A stretch of 64,000 nt of DNA, taken from assembly GCA_963820525.1 (NCBI GenBank), contig CAWGAA010000001.1, positions 2,944,001-3,008,000 on the forward strand, in the 5' to 3' direction. Below the pieces are notes generated by a model. The model was not told the DNA's origin and searched no databases. It saw nothing but the letters and a program-made list of their open reading frames with translations. How positions within the stretch are numbered: the stretch's first letter is position 1; every line of letters starts with the position of its first letter. Shown in pieces: positions 41,065 to 51,083 of the stretch. Made by a program: the position numbers and the translations under genes. The DNA comes from an uncultured Spirochaetota bacterium. Its GTDB lineage: Bacteria > Spirochaetota > Spirochaetia > SZUA-6 > Fen-1364.

Positions 41065-42399
41065 ATGGATCCGATACGTGTCATTACAGAGAATTGCACC
41101 GCCTGCAGCCTGTGCGTGAAGGCGTGCTCCTACGCGGCTATCGCCCTTTCCGGCCCGCCTGTGGCGAAGACGGGCAAGCCATCTGCCGTCATCGACCTGG
41201 CGAAGTGCACGGTTTGCGGCGCCTGCGTCGAGGCATGCAAACGATTCAAGGCAATCGTCATCACCCGTGTGACCTTCAAAGGACAGGAAATCAAGGCGTA
41301 CTCGGGCGTGGCCGTGCTGGCCGAGCATCGCAGGGGAAAGCTCGCCTCGGTCGTGCCTGAGATCATCGGCGCGGCGCGCGAGCTGAAGAAGGAGCTTGCC
41401 GAGGCCGAGAAGGCGGGCACGGGCACGGAGGCCCAGGGCGCGGATGGCCAGGCGGCCGCCGGTGCCTCCCCTTCCTCAGGTGACCAGGCGTCCGCCGGGG
41501 CTTCCCCCAACGCGTCCGTCCCTGTTTGCGCCATCCTGGTTGGAAGCGGCGTGAAGCGTTTCACCGACGAGCTTCTTTCCTACGGGGTGGACGAGGTGTG
41601 GATGGTCGACAACCCGACCATCGGAGACTTCGACGAGGACGTTCAGGCGGAGCTCGTTGCCCAGATCATCATGGAAAGAAAGCCGGAGATCTTCCTGGGC
41701 GGAGGAACGGTTGTCGGCCGCTCTCTTCTTCCCCGCGTCGCGGCCAAGATCCTCACCGGGCTTACGGCGGACTGCACGGAGCTTGCGATAGATTCGGCAA
41801 CGAAGCTCCTGAAGCAGACCCGCCCCGCCTTTGGCGGAAACATCATGGCCACGATCCTCACCCAGAACCACCGACCCCAGATGGCCACGGTCCGGCACAA
41901 GGTGATGAAGCCGGCGGACAAGGTAGGGCAGCCCACCGGGAAAGTGATCGAGATCACTCACATCCCTGTTCCCAAATCCAAGATCGAGTTCCTGGAGTTC
42001 GTGGAGGAGAAGGGCGAGACCGTGAACCTGGTGGAAGCAGACGTGATCGTCTCCGGCGGCCGCGGGATCAAGGATCCGAAGAACTTCGCGGTGCTTGAAA
42101 AGCTGGCCCTCGCAACCGGCGGCGCCCTTGGCGCATCGCGCGCCGCGGTGGATGCGGGCTGGATTCCCTACTCTCACCAGGTTGGCCAGACCGGAAAAAC
42201 CGTGAAGCCCAAGGTCTACATCGCCTGCGGAATCTCCGGGGCCATCCAGCACCTTGCCGGCATGAAGGGCTCCGACATGATCATCGCCATCAACTCGGAT
42301 CCTTCGGCTCCCATCTTCGACGTTGCCCACTACGGAATCGTGGGAGACCTGTTCCAGGTTGTGCCGGAGCTCACCAAGAGGCTGGAGAACGGGGGGTAG
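41065..42399 (+). CDS. etfA: Electron transfer flavoprotein alpha subunit with N-terminal 2[4Fe-4S] ferredoxin domain
   Basis: Motifs '[11 protein letters not shown]' and '[11 protein letters not shown]', then 'GLTADCT', 'RPAFGGN', 'QVGQTGK', 'GISGAIQH'. Confidence 0.96.
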   Translation: MDPIRVITENCTACSLCVKACSYAAIALSGPPVAKTGKPSAVIDLAKCTVCGACVEACKRFKAIVITRVTFKGQEIKAYSGVAVLAEHRRGKLASVVPEIIGAARELKKELAEAEKAGTGTEAQGADGQAAAGASPSSGDQASAGASPNASVPVCAILVGSGVKRFTDELLSYGVDEVWMVDNPTIGDFDEDVQAELVAQIIMERKPEIFLGGGTVVGRSLLPRVAAKILTGLTADCTELAIDSATKLLKQTRPAFGGNIMATILTQNHRPQMATVRHKVMKPADKVGQPTGKVIEITHIPVPKSKIEFLEFVEEKGETVNLVEADVIVSGGRGIKDPKNFAVLEKLALATGGALGASRAAVDAGWIPYSHQVGQTGKTVKPKVYIACGISGAIQHLAGMKGSDMIIAINSDPSAPIFDVAHYGIVGDLFQVVPELTKRLENGG

Positions 42400-42471
42400 G
42401 GGAAAGCGTGATTCTGCGAATGGCTTGGATATATGCCTCCATTGCTGTAATATTATCCGTGGAGATTTAGG

Positions 42472-42663
42472 ATGACCCGGTTAAGGTATGTTCATTGGCA
42501 GGAAGAGGATTTTCATCTCGGATATTTCGAGGATTATCCTGACTATTTGACGCAAGGAAAGACTCTTGAAGAACTGCGTGAGAATTTGAAAGACCTGTAT
42601 AAAGACATTTCTTCCAATACGGTTCCCTATCTTAAAAAGATCGATGAGCTTGTGCTTTCCTGA
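42472..42663 (+). CDS. hicB: Short HicB-like antitoxin
   Basis: 'GYFEDYPDYLTQGKTLEELRENLKDLY'. 63 aa, AT-rich, coupled to hicA. Confidence 0.85.
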   Translation: MTRLRYVHWQEEDFHLGYFEDYPDYLTQGKTLEELRENLKDLYKDISSNTVPYLKKIDELVLS

Positions 42664-42839
42664 TGAAAAGAAGCGATCTTATTAAAAAACTGTCCGACCT
42701 GGGCTGCATCTTGACCAGGCATGGCGGGAAGCATGACTGGTATACTAACCCGAAATTGAAAATGTCCCAGCCCGTGCCTCGACACATGGAGATAAACGAG
42801 CATTTAGCAAAGCACATTATTAAAAAACTTGGCGGGTGA
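42663..42839 (+). CDS. hicA: HicA-family toxin (not in the supplied ORF track)
   Basis: MKRSDLIKKLSDLGCILTRHGGKHDWYTNPKLKMSQPVPRHMEINEHLAKHIIKKLGG. TGATG overlap with hicB. Confidence 0.9.
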   Translation: MKRSDLIKKLSDLGCILTRHGGKHDWYTNPKLKMSQPVPRHMEINEHLAKHIIKKLGG

Positions 42840-43548
42840 TTACTGATTTGGCCCGTGGGGGCATGAATGAAAGTATTATTTCCTTTCGCGCTCGATAAGC
42901 TTTGTCCTCTCGCTCAATAAGTCCATATTCAACGAGTGCGTTCATGTCCCGAGTGATAGTTTTGGAAGTGACCCTTGCATATGCTTTCGCCATGCGGGGG
43001 GTAATCTCTGGAACCAGTGAAAAGGGTACCGGGTCCGGTCGACGGGAAATGTCGAGCACCAAATGTCTGCGGCGGATATCCGCCTTGCTGGTTTTATCAC
43101 GGAAGAACTCGTGCACGTAGTTTCTCCATGTAATGTCCCACTGCTGAGACCAGATCGCGTCGAGCTGCTCCTTGAGGCCATCCAGGAGTCCCTGGGTTGC
43201 ATACACCAGGAAAGGAACAAGATCCCCGCCGGATTTGCTCGCCATTTCGAGCTGCCTGTAATACTCGGTTCTGGTGAGATTATAGTGGTTGCTCAATAGG
43301 TGCGCCGATGCGGCGGAAACGCCGGCCTTCATTAGGATTTGCACTTCAAGAAGCCTTGCCGTTCGGCCATTGCCATCCCCAAACGGATGGATCCACGCGA
43401 TATAAACATGGGCGGTAACAGCTTTAAGAATCGCGCGTACGATTGAATCGCCCTTTCCAGCCTGGAAAGTGTCGCTGTTGAGCCATTGGCACAACTTATC
43501 AAGAAGAAAAGGACAATCCGCAGCAGGCGCTCCCTTGTAACTTCCTAC
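42820..43548 (-). pseudogene. Fic-domain protein, 5'-truncated
   Basis: HPFGDGNGRTAR motif and a C-terminal HTH-like region. The Fic-like frame (VGSYKGAPAADCPFLLDKLCQWL) begins abruptly near 43548. Confidence 0.85.
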
Positions 43549-43551
43549 CCA

Positions 43552-44691
43552 GGGCTTCGCCCCTTTATGTCGCAGCTTCTTTGCGAGCAGGTTGTGGGGC
43601 GAGGGCTTCGACGCGCAAGCTATGAAATCGGGCCTGACGGGAAGCTCACGGAGGAAGTATCAAAAGTCTTCGGTGTTCCTTTCGAGGCTTCCAGCGAAGG
43701 GCCACTGCTGCCGCCGCCGGCACGTAATCACGTGCATGCTCTGCCCGATCGCGCCGGATTGGAAATCAAGTTCCCAAGGGTTGAAGGGTATCGGCAGGCG
43801 ATTCGCAATCGCGTCACAGTCAACAGGGAAGCCCTGGCACCGGTTGAGCTAGATCCACTTAGAATTCCCCCTGAAGTGGAAATGAAAGCCGGCCTGCCCA
43901 ATAATGTCGGTAGACACTCTCTAAGCGGACCGGGCAGACTTGTCAGCCTGGACCTCAACCCCTACCGCAAGGGAAGGCGCGTTCAGGAGCTTGCCTTCGA
44001 GCTTGCCCGGGATCTCACGAGAGACTATTGCAGGCAGTCAGACTGTCTGGCTCCTGCCCATGTGCTGTTTCCGCAGATCGTGGGAATCGTCCACCGCTAC
44101 CTGGAAGAGAAGGTCATTGCGATAGCTCCCGCGGATCGGTTGGACATCTTCCTCTCTCCTTATTGCGGATGGGTCATCGAGCGTATTGTAGAGGCAATCA
44201 AGCCCGATGCCGCCCAGGGCGAGGCACCGGAAATGCCGCGCTTTGAAACCAACCGCGCGCCCGGCTCAACTGTGGATGTTGATTTCTGGACAAGCCGGGA
44301 GGTTCGGGAAACCGTCCATAGCCACGTCAACTTCGTTGTTGCGGATACCAGGGTATGGGAGCAATCGGCGGCCTATTTCATCGATACTCATGAGGCCATA
44401 GATGCTTTCGTCAAGAATGCAGGTCTGGGCTTCGCAATCCCTTACCTGCATAACGGACAGCCCCATGACTATATCCCCGACTTTATTATCAGGCTCAAGG
44501 GGGATCCAGTCGTTCACTTGATCCTCGAGACCAAGGGATTCGACGAGCTTGCTGAGATAAAGGCCCAAGCGGCGGAGCGCTGGGTAAACGCCGTCAATGC
44601 GGATGGCCGGTTTGGCGTTTGGCGGTATGCAATGGCTAGAGAACCGTCAGAGGTGGCTTTGAAGATAGAAGAAAGCCGAAAAAGCACATAA
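43552..44691 (+). pseudogene. Type III restriction (Res-like) endonuclease, C-terminal fragment
   Basis: Begins at helicase motif VI region 'GLRPFMSQLLCEQVVGRGLRR'. Nuclease motif 'YIPDFII...LILETKG'. Walker A/DEAD region is absent. Confidence 0.85.
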
Positions 44692-44720
44692 GCCAGGGAT
44701 TTGCGAAACGGGGCGCGAGG

Positions 44721-46745
44721 TCATTCTGTACATTCCCCCGTGGAGCAGAACTCCCGGATCGCTTTCAGAAAGGCATCCCCATACTCTTCAAGCTTGTACT
44801 CGCCCACGCCATGACAGCGCAGGAGCGCGGTGGAATCAGTGGGCCGGTTTTTCACGAATACGCGAAGCGTCTTATCGCTGAACACGACATACGGCGGGAC
44901 TTCCCGCGCGCGGGCTATCCGTAATCGCACGCGCTTGAGACACCGGAAAAGCTCTTCTTCGTCCGGGCGATGAAAAGCTGACGCACCATCGTCCGGCTCG
45001 GTGATGCCTGCCTGCTCGCTGGCGGGCTTCCTGATAACGGCGCGCGGCCGTGTGGCCTGCTCCTCAGTGGCGCGAGACGATGAAGGCCGCTCGCGCTCCC
45101 GCGCCGGCAGCTCTTCTGAAGGCCTCTCCTGCGCCCGTTCCGCGCGTGCCTTCGCGCGGCCCGCCTGCTCCGCAGGCTGCAATGCCAGAAAGCTTTCCTT
45201 GCCGTTCAATAAAAGACGGCCGCGGGTGGAGAGGCGGAATCCGGCGGTCTCTCCTTCCCCGCGCAGCAGGTAGTCTCCGGCTTCAAGCTCCCGGATGAGA
45301 GAGAGCCACCAGCTCTTGTCGTGCTCCTTGCCGATGCCGAATGTCGGAAGCCGGTGATGGCCGCGCTCCAGGACCTTGTCGGTGGCGTTTCCGACAACGA
45401 TGTCCGCGAGATGGTGTGCTCCAAAGCGCTCCCCGGTGCGCACGGCGGCGGACAGCGCCTTGCGGGCGGCATCCGTCAGGTCTTCCAGCTCGAGCTCCCC
45501 GGTGCAGACGTCGCAGCGGGCGCAGCCGCCGGGATGCTCCTCCCCGAAGTGCGCAAGCAGCTGCCTGCGCCTGCAGCCGCTCGATTCGACGTAGCGCAGG
45601 ATATCGCGCAGGCTCGCTTCGGCGCGCCGTCGTTCCACGGGCGATTCGATTTTGTCGATGTGCCAGCGGATGGAGGCGATATCTCCGGGACCGAAGAACA
45701 GCGTGGCGTCCGCCTTCTCGCCGTCACGCGCAGCCCGGCCGGTTTCCTGATAGTAGCCCTCGATGCTTCGGGGAAGATCCCCATGCAGGACCCATCTTAC
45801 GTTGGATTTATCGATGCCCATGCCGAAGGCGATGGTCGCGACGACCACGAGCACCTCGTCCTTGACGAACGCCTCTTGCCGGCGCTTGCGATCATCGTCA
45901 TCGATGCCGGCATGGTAGGCCGTCGCTGAAATGCCATGAAGAGATAAAAAAGAGGCGGTTTTCTCCACCGCCTTCCGCGTGCCCCGATAGACGATCCCCG
46001 GCTCGCCTTCGTGCCTGCGGATGAAATTGAAAAGCTGCTCATCCGCGCTGCCCTTCTTCGGGACCACCCTGTAGAAGATCTCGGGCCGGTCGAAGCTCGC
46101 GCGCACGATGAACGGATCTTTCAGGCCGAGGAGCCTCACCACGTCGTCCTGGACCTGTCGGGTGGCCGTGGCCGTGAACGCGGCGATCGGCACATCGGGA
46201 AGCTCATTGCGCAGCAGTCCGAGCGCGCGGTAGTCGGGACGAAACTCGTGACCCCATTCCGAGATGCAATGCGCTTCGTCGACGGCGATCAGAGAGAGGC
46301 CGAGGGATTTCAGCCATTGCCTGAAGTCGGGGATGGAAAGACGCTCCGGGGAGACATACAGGAGCTTGATTCGGCCCTCAGAAAGCTCCCGCCGGGTCTT
46401 CGTCGCCTCTTCCGCAGACAGGCTGCTGTTGAGAAACGAGGCCGCGATCCCGTTCTCCCGCGCCCCGTCCACCTGATCTTTCATGAGGGAGATCAGCGGG
46501 CTCACGACCACGGTCAGCCCCTCTGCGAGGAGGGCGGGAAGCTGGTAGCACAGGGACTTGCCGCCCCCGGTGGGCATGGCGGCGAAAACGTCGCGCCCGC
46601 TGAGGATGGCCCGTACGATCTCTTCCTGGTTCGCGCGGAAGGACGAAAAACCGAAGTGCTTATGGAGCGCCCTCGCGATCCCGGCGTCATCGAGGGTCTG
46701 GTGCGATCTTTCCATCCCGTTCCTATCCTCCGGCCCGCTCTGCAA
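44721..46745 (-). CDS. recQ: ATP-dependent DNA helicase RecQ
   Basis: Motifs 'MPTGGGKSLCYQLP', 'DEAHCISEWGHEFRPDY', 'ATIAFGMGIDK', Zn/RQC and HRDC ('PPYVVFSDKTL'). Confidence 0.97.
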   Translation of the reverse strand: MQSGPEDRNGMERSHQTLDDAGIARALHKHFGFSSFRANQEEIVRAILSGRDVFAAMPTGGGKSLCYQLPALLAEGLTVVVSPLISLMKDQVDGARENGIAASFLNSSLSAEEATKTRRELSEGRIKLLYVSPERLSIPDFRQWLKSLGLSLIAVDEAHCISEWGHEFRPDYRALGLLRNELPDVPIAAFTATATRQVQDDVVRLLGLKDPFIVRASFDRPEIFYRVVPKKGSADEQLFNFIRRHEGEPGIVYRGTRKAVEKTASFLSLHGISATAYHAGIDDDDRKRRQEAFVKDEVLVVVATIAFGMGIDKSNVRWVLHGDLPRSIEGYYQETGRAARDGEKADATLFFGPGDIASIRWHIDKIESPVERRRAEASLRDILRYVESSGCRRRQLLAHFGEEHPGGCARCDVCTGELELEDLTDAARKALSAAVRTGERFGAHHLADIVVGNATDKVLERGHHRLPTFGIGKEHDKSWWLSLIRELEAGDYLLRGEGETAGFRLSTRGRLLLNGKESFLALQPAEQAGRAKARAERAQERPSEELPARERERPSSSRATEEQATRPRAVIRKPASEQAGITEPDDGASAFHRPDEEELFRCLKRVRLRIARAREVPPYVVFSDKTLRVFVKNRPTDSTALLRCHGVGEYKLEEYGDAFLKAIREFCSTGECTE

Positions 46746-46814
46746 GCTCTTCCCAGCGGCTCATCTTGGCGTCGAGCAGGCTCTCGATCTCCCGGTAGCG
46801 CCTGTTGTTTCTCT

Positions 46815-47265
46815 CTATCTGCGCCGGATCGCGGGCCGGGCTCTGAAAGCCGGATTCAAGGTCCCGGGTCTCTGCCGCTGCTTTTCCGGCTGCGCACGGG
46901 CCCGTCGAACGGTTTCTTCAGCGCGCATGTCTCTGTAATCCCCGTAGCTCCCCGTGAATCCACGGATCCCGCCGCTGCCGTCGAAGATGAAAAGATAATC
47001 GGTAAGGCGGTCGAGCAAGGCGCGGTCGTGGGAAACGACATGATACAACCGCCGAACTCGGCAAGGCAATTCTCCAGCAGCCTGGTCGTGTCGAGGTCCA
47101 GATCGTTGGTCGGTAGCCCTTTTTTCCACGCACCTGCTCCGCCAGCTCCTTCATGTATTCTATGACCGTCAGCTTCCCGTTTATGAAACTTCCGGTCTCC
47201 AAACACCGTGGAATCGCCCTTGACGGCCGTTCCGCTATCAGGGGTGAGGGCGCCGGATAGCAGAT
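46815..47265 (-). pseudogene. ABC-F (Uup-like) ATPase remnant
   Basis: Pieces in three frames: 'LSGALTPDSG', 'TVIEYMKELAE', 'PTNDLDLDT', 'VVSHDRALLDRLTDYLFIF...FTGSYGDY'. Confidence 0.8.
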
Positions 47266-47379
47266 TGGACGCCTTCATCATGACCATCGACGTGAAATAG
47301 GAAGGGCGGAAGCGGGAAAGAAAAAACCCCGGACGCTGAGCGGAAGTGGCCCGGTGGAGGTACTCGCGTCAGGAGAGTG

Positions 47380-47763
47380 CTACTCGGCGGCCTGCTGCTC
47401 GACAATGCTTTCGACCAGCTTGAGGATGGTGCGCTTCACGTGCGGGCTTTGAATCCTTGCAAAGAGCCGAAGGAGCGCCCGCTCCTCCCTGAGGGTACGC
47501 CCCGAGTCCTGTTCAGCGGCGGTGTCCGGCCCTGAGGCGTCCGACATTTCCCGTGAGTTAAGCTCGGCGATGAAGGCCTGCACGGGGGTGTCGAGGGCTT
47601 TCGCAATAAGGAAAAGGCGTTGGAGTGTGATCTGGTTTTTATTTGCCTCGTACTTCTGGATCTGCTGGTAAGAGACGCCGATGCGATCGGCCAGTTCCGT
47701 CTGGGTGAGCCCCTGCCGCTGACGATGGAACCTGATTTTGTGGCCAATTCCTTCGGCTTCCAC
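47380..47763 (-). CDS. XRE-family HTH regulator
   Basis: 'GLTQTELADRIGVSYQQIQKYE'. Confidence 0.9.
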   Translation of the reverse strand: MEAEGIGHKIRFHRQRQGLTQTELADRIGVSYQQIQKYEANKNQITLQRLFLIAKALDTPVQAFIAELNSREMSDASGPDTAAEQDSGRTLREERALLRLFARIQSPHVKRTILKLVESIVEQQAAE

Positions 47764-47834
47764 TGATCGACCCGCGCATACAAGCTACCTTATTTCTTGA
47801 AACACATTCTACCAACTCAGGGTTGCACGTTCAA

Positions 47835-47863
47835 TTGACAAACACAACCTTGGGTGGTATAAT
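47835..47863 (+). promoter_or_regulatory. Consensus sigma70 promoter
   Basis: TTGACA-17 nt-TATAAT, a perfect match. Confidence 0.85.
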
Positions 47864-47946
47864 GAAATAAAGAAATATGCGCTTTCCGGCCTTAAGCCGT
47901 CGGCGGAGCCGTTCAGCGCTTCTATTAAAATGTGAGGACAAAACCG

Positions 47947-48294
47947 ATGACCAGAGTTCTCATAGTGGACGACGACGCCACGGTCCGAAGCACGATGGCG
48001 CTCATCCTGGAAGGATTCCAATTCGATCCCTCCACCACGGATACCGCCGAAAAAGCGCTCAAGCTGCTTGAAAAAGAGCACTACGACGTGCTGATAACCG
48101 ACTATGAGATGCCGGGGATGAACGGAGTCGAGCTGATCAGGAGCGTTCAATCCGTCTTCCCCAGGCCCGCCGTCATCCTCATGACCGGCTGCGGCGATGA
48201 AACTGTATTGAAGCTTTCAGGGGCAGATATGTATCTGCGCAAGCCCTTTTCAGCCATGCTCCTCAAGGACTGCATCGACAAGCTCATTACGTAG
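47947..48294 (+). CDS. Single-domain response regulator (CheY-like)
   Basis: Motifs 'VLIVDDD', 'LITDYEMPGMNG', 'ILMTG', 'KPF'. Confidence 0.93.
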   Translation: MTRVLIVDDDATVRSTMALILEGFQFDPSTTDTAEKALKLLEKEHYDVLITDYEMPGMNGVELIRSVQSVFPRPAVILMTGCGDETVLKLSGADMYLRKPFSAMLLKDCIDKLIT

Positions 48295-48332
48295 ATGATG
48301 GGGGAAAACGGCCGGAGAGAAGCCTGCTGGGA

Positions 48333-49154
48333 TTAGAGCAATCCCCGTGCGGCGAGGCTGCAGTCATTCTTCGGCTCCCTGCCAAGTATCACATGATCGA
48401 GGATCCCAATGCCGAACAGGCCGCACGCATCCCTGATCGCGTACGTGAGGCAAATGTCCTTTTGGGACGGCGCCCCGTCTCCCGAGGGGTGATTGTGAAC
48501 CAGCACCAGCGAGGAGGCGGAGGCACGGAGCGCTTCCCGTACGATCTGCTGGGGATCCACCGCGACCGAGCCGACGGAGCCCCGGCACAACTCGACGATG
48601 CGAATCGGCCTGTGTTTTCTATTCAAGAGGACGAGGTGAGCCGATTCGCTCTGCGCGTCCCTGAGATACGGACCGAAATAGAGAGCGACGTACGTAAGCG
48701 CCTTGCGTGCGCTGTCGATGCATTCCTTGTCTTTTGCCTCTTCCCGAAACAGTCTCCTGCCGATCTCCAGCGCCGCCTTGATCTGCGAGGCCTTGGCGGG
48801 ACCGATACCTGCGACCCCGCATATATCCCAGACGGAGGCGGCGTCCAGACCACGAAGTCCGGAGAAAACGTCGAGAAGCCTTCGTGAAAGCTCTTCCGCG
48901 TTCACTCCGATTTTTCCCGTCCGCAGGATGATCGCGAGGAGCTTGGAAAGCGGGAGAGATTCTGTGCCATGGCGGATGAGAAGATCCCGGGGCCGGTCTT
49001 CTTCGGACCACCGGCGTATCGGCACTCCCTCCACGCTTCGACGCTTCAAGCCGCCGTACCGCTTCTCCCCGCTCTTCTTGTCCTCCTTGCTCCACATCTC
49101 GATTGGCGCCAGCACCCCTAATGAGATACGCACAAGACGCTCCCGGTGCTTCAA
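48333..49154 (-). CDS. radC: RadC/JAB-domain protein
   Basis: Motifs 'DRPRDLL', 'GIGPAKASQIKAALEIGRR', 'HNHPSGD', 'LDHVILG'. Start uncertain. Confidence 0.92.
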   Translation of the reverse strand: MKHRERLVRISLGVLAPIEMWSKEDKKSGEKRYGGLKRRSVEGVPIRRWSEEDRPRDLLIRHGTESLPLSKLLAIILRTGKIGVNAEELSRRLLDVFSGLRGLDAASVWDICGVAGIGPAKASQIKAALEIGRRLFREEAKDKECIDSARKALTYVALYFGPYLRDAQSESAHLVLLNRKHRPIRIVELCRGSVGSVAVDPQQIVREALRASASSLVLVHNHPSGDGAPSQKDICLTYAIRDACGLFGIGILDHVILGREPKNDCSLAARGLL

Positions 49155-49257
49155 CCGGCCGTACGCTCGCGCCGGTTGATACGCTCGCGCCCGCTATAGA
49201 TTCGCCTCCAGAGTCACGGGAACGACGCAGAAGGTTTCGGGGATGCGGGTGACCGTC

Positions 49258-49839
49258 TCAGTGCACCAGCTTGAATCCGATCTCCACGCCCATCTTCATG
49301 GTGAATCCGAGCTGGATGTTGAGGTAGCCCAAGGCCTCCAGCCATCGGGCATTCTTGAGCGGACCCGCGTCCACGGCATCGAAGCCGATGTCCCGGCCGA
49401 GAGACAGGACCATCCCCTTCGCACCGGCGTCATCGCCGGCCGCCAGGAGCGAGAGCGTCTGTCCCTTCGCTTTCCCGCTGCTCATTGTGCCGGCAAAAAG
49501 CGTGTTGAACGCTTTCACCACTTTTGCCCGTGGCGCCTTCTTCTGCAATTCCTCGGCGCCGCTGGTTGAATAGCCCAGGGCGAGCTGGAAGTCGGGCGTG
49601 AGGGCATTGGTCGCGTCGACGAGCGTCTTGCCGATAACCCCATCGCCCAATTCCTGAAGGGCGTCGTCCAGGGCCCAATAGGGAACGGCGAGTATCACCA
49701 CTTCCGCCCATGCTCCCGCTTCACGAACCTTGGGCGGGTCCTTCCCGACCACCCTCATCTCGTAGCCGGCGCGCGCGAGACCCTTCTGGATTGCGCTTCC
49801 GACATTCCCGTCCCCGATGATCGCGACCTTTGGCTTCAT
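49258..49839 (-). CDS. NADPH-dependent F420-reductase-family oxidoreductase
   Basis: Motifs 'IIGDGNVG', 'ILAVPY', 'DATN', 'SGAEE', 'VVKAFN', 'DAGPL'. Confidence 0.92.
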   Translation of the reverse strand: MKPKVAIIGDGNVGSAIQKGLARAGYEMRVVGKDPPKVREAGAWAEVVILAVPYWALDDALQELGDGVIGKTLVDATNALTPDFQLALGYSTSGAEELQKKAPRAKVVKAFNTLFAGTMSSGKAKGQTLSLLAAGDDAGAKGMVLSLGRDIGFDAVDAGPLKNARWLEALGYLNIQLGFTMKMGVEIGFKLVH

Positions 49840-50004
49840 GATTTCGCTCCTCTTCTTTGATTTGAATCAAAAGTAGCGAGGCCTGTGCTGCCGGTCAAAC
49901 AATCATGAGCCGGTGAGGCCGCCGTGCCGGCATCAGGGATCATCGTATCGACATGCGGCCGTCTCGTGCAAATCCGTCGTGGTCCGGTGTATACTGGCCC
50001 GGCA

Positions 50005-50949
50005 ATGAGCCACCTCGTCGTCCTGCTCTACGTCCTCTCTCTCGGGAGCGGGATCGCCGCATTCGCGCTTTTCGCTTTCCTTTTATCGCGGACCCGCGAC
50101 CTCGCCATCCGGAATTACCTGCCCTATCTCGCCGTATACACGCTCCTCATCACGGCCGTTTCCGTGATGACCTACATCACCGCGAATGGCCTTGTCGACC
50201 TTGAGGATTTCGAAGCGCTTCTGCGGTTCCTGAAGCTCTACCTTGCCGTCTTCGTGCCGTTTCTTGGCGGATTCATTTTGGTCATGCCCAGGTTCTATGC
50301 GGCATTCCTCGGTTTTTCCATTTCCAGCCGGTGGAGGAAGGCGACGCTTGCCCTGACGGCGGCGGCCGCGCCCGTATTCGCAGTCCTCGTGTCCGGTCTG
50401 GGTTTCTTCCTGTCGCTCGTCACGTTTTTCACGTACGCCGCCGCCTTCGTCGCGGTCTCGACGTGGGTGGCGGTCATCGTCGCGCGGCGAAGGCCGTTCG
50501 TCCGGGATCCCCTCATACGCGCGGCCATTCCCGTGATCTCCGTGTTGTTCGCATTGAGCATGGCCGGCGCATTCGCGGAATCGTTTCTGATGGCCAGGCT
50601 CTACGCAGACTCAAGCGGCCGCGCGGTCTATTTCTCCATCGTGAATCCGATCTTCTACTTGATCTGGAACGTCCTGTCGATCGCCTTCGCAATGAAGCGC
50701 TACCTCCGCCGCGACGAGCCGTCCGACGGGATTGTCCTGTCCGGGGATTTCCTCGAACGACATGGGATCACCGATCGGGAGGCCGAAATCGTTCGCGCCG
50801 TCCTCCAAGGACAGAGCAACAAGGAGATCGCCTACAACCTCGGCCTGTCGGCCAACACGGTGCGTAACCACGTCCGCAGCGTATTCGTCAAGGCCGGGGT
50901 GGCGAGCCGGGTTCAGCTCTTCAACAAGATCCGGGCAAAGACCTCGTGA
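50005..50949 (+). CDS. Membrane-anchored LuxR-family regulator (about 7 TM plus HTH)
   Basis: TM helices followed by 'ITDREAEIV...SNKEIAYNLGLSANTVRNHV'. Confidence 0.9.
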   Translation: MSHLVVLLYVLSLGSGIAAFALFAFLLSRTRDLAIRNYLPYLAVYTLLITAVSVMTYITANGLVDLEDFEALLRFLKLYLAVFVPFLGGFILVMPRFYAAFLGFSISSRWRKATLALTAAAAPVFAVLVSGLGFFLSLVTFFTYAAAFVAVSTWVAVIVARRRPFVRDPLIRAAIPVISVLFALSMAGAFAESFLMARLYADSSGRAVYFSIVNPIFYLIWNVLSIAFAMKRYLRRDEPSDGIVLSGDFLERHGITDREAEIVRAVLQGQSNKEIAYNLGLSANTVRNHVRSVFVKAGVASRVQLFNKIRAKTS

Positions 50950-50985
50950 GCTCGGGAATCGAGCCACGCCGGCCCGTTGGCTCCA

Positions 50986-51032
50986 ATAGTATGAAAGTAC
51001 CATGATGGAATCCCTCCTCGTGGCTGTATAAA
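50986..51032 (+). promoter_or_regulatory. Palindromic operator plus -10 box upstream of the membrane-protein gene
   Basis: Imperfect palindrome ATAGTA-TGAAAG-TACCAT (50986-51003), 23 nt before TATAAA. Confidence 0.55.
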
Positions 51033-51083
51033 TGGATCGACAGCGGCCGGACCATGAAAAACCCGCGGCCGCGAGGAGGTCGT

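Noticed and set aside
49151..49192. Short direct and inverted repeats (TACGCTCGCGCC x2; TCAACCGGC/GCCGGTTGA) upstream of radC
   Set aside because: Only two short copies with no associated element; likely a local duplication.
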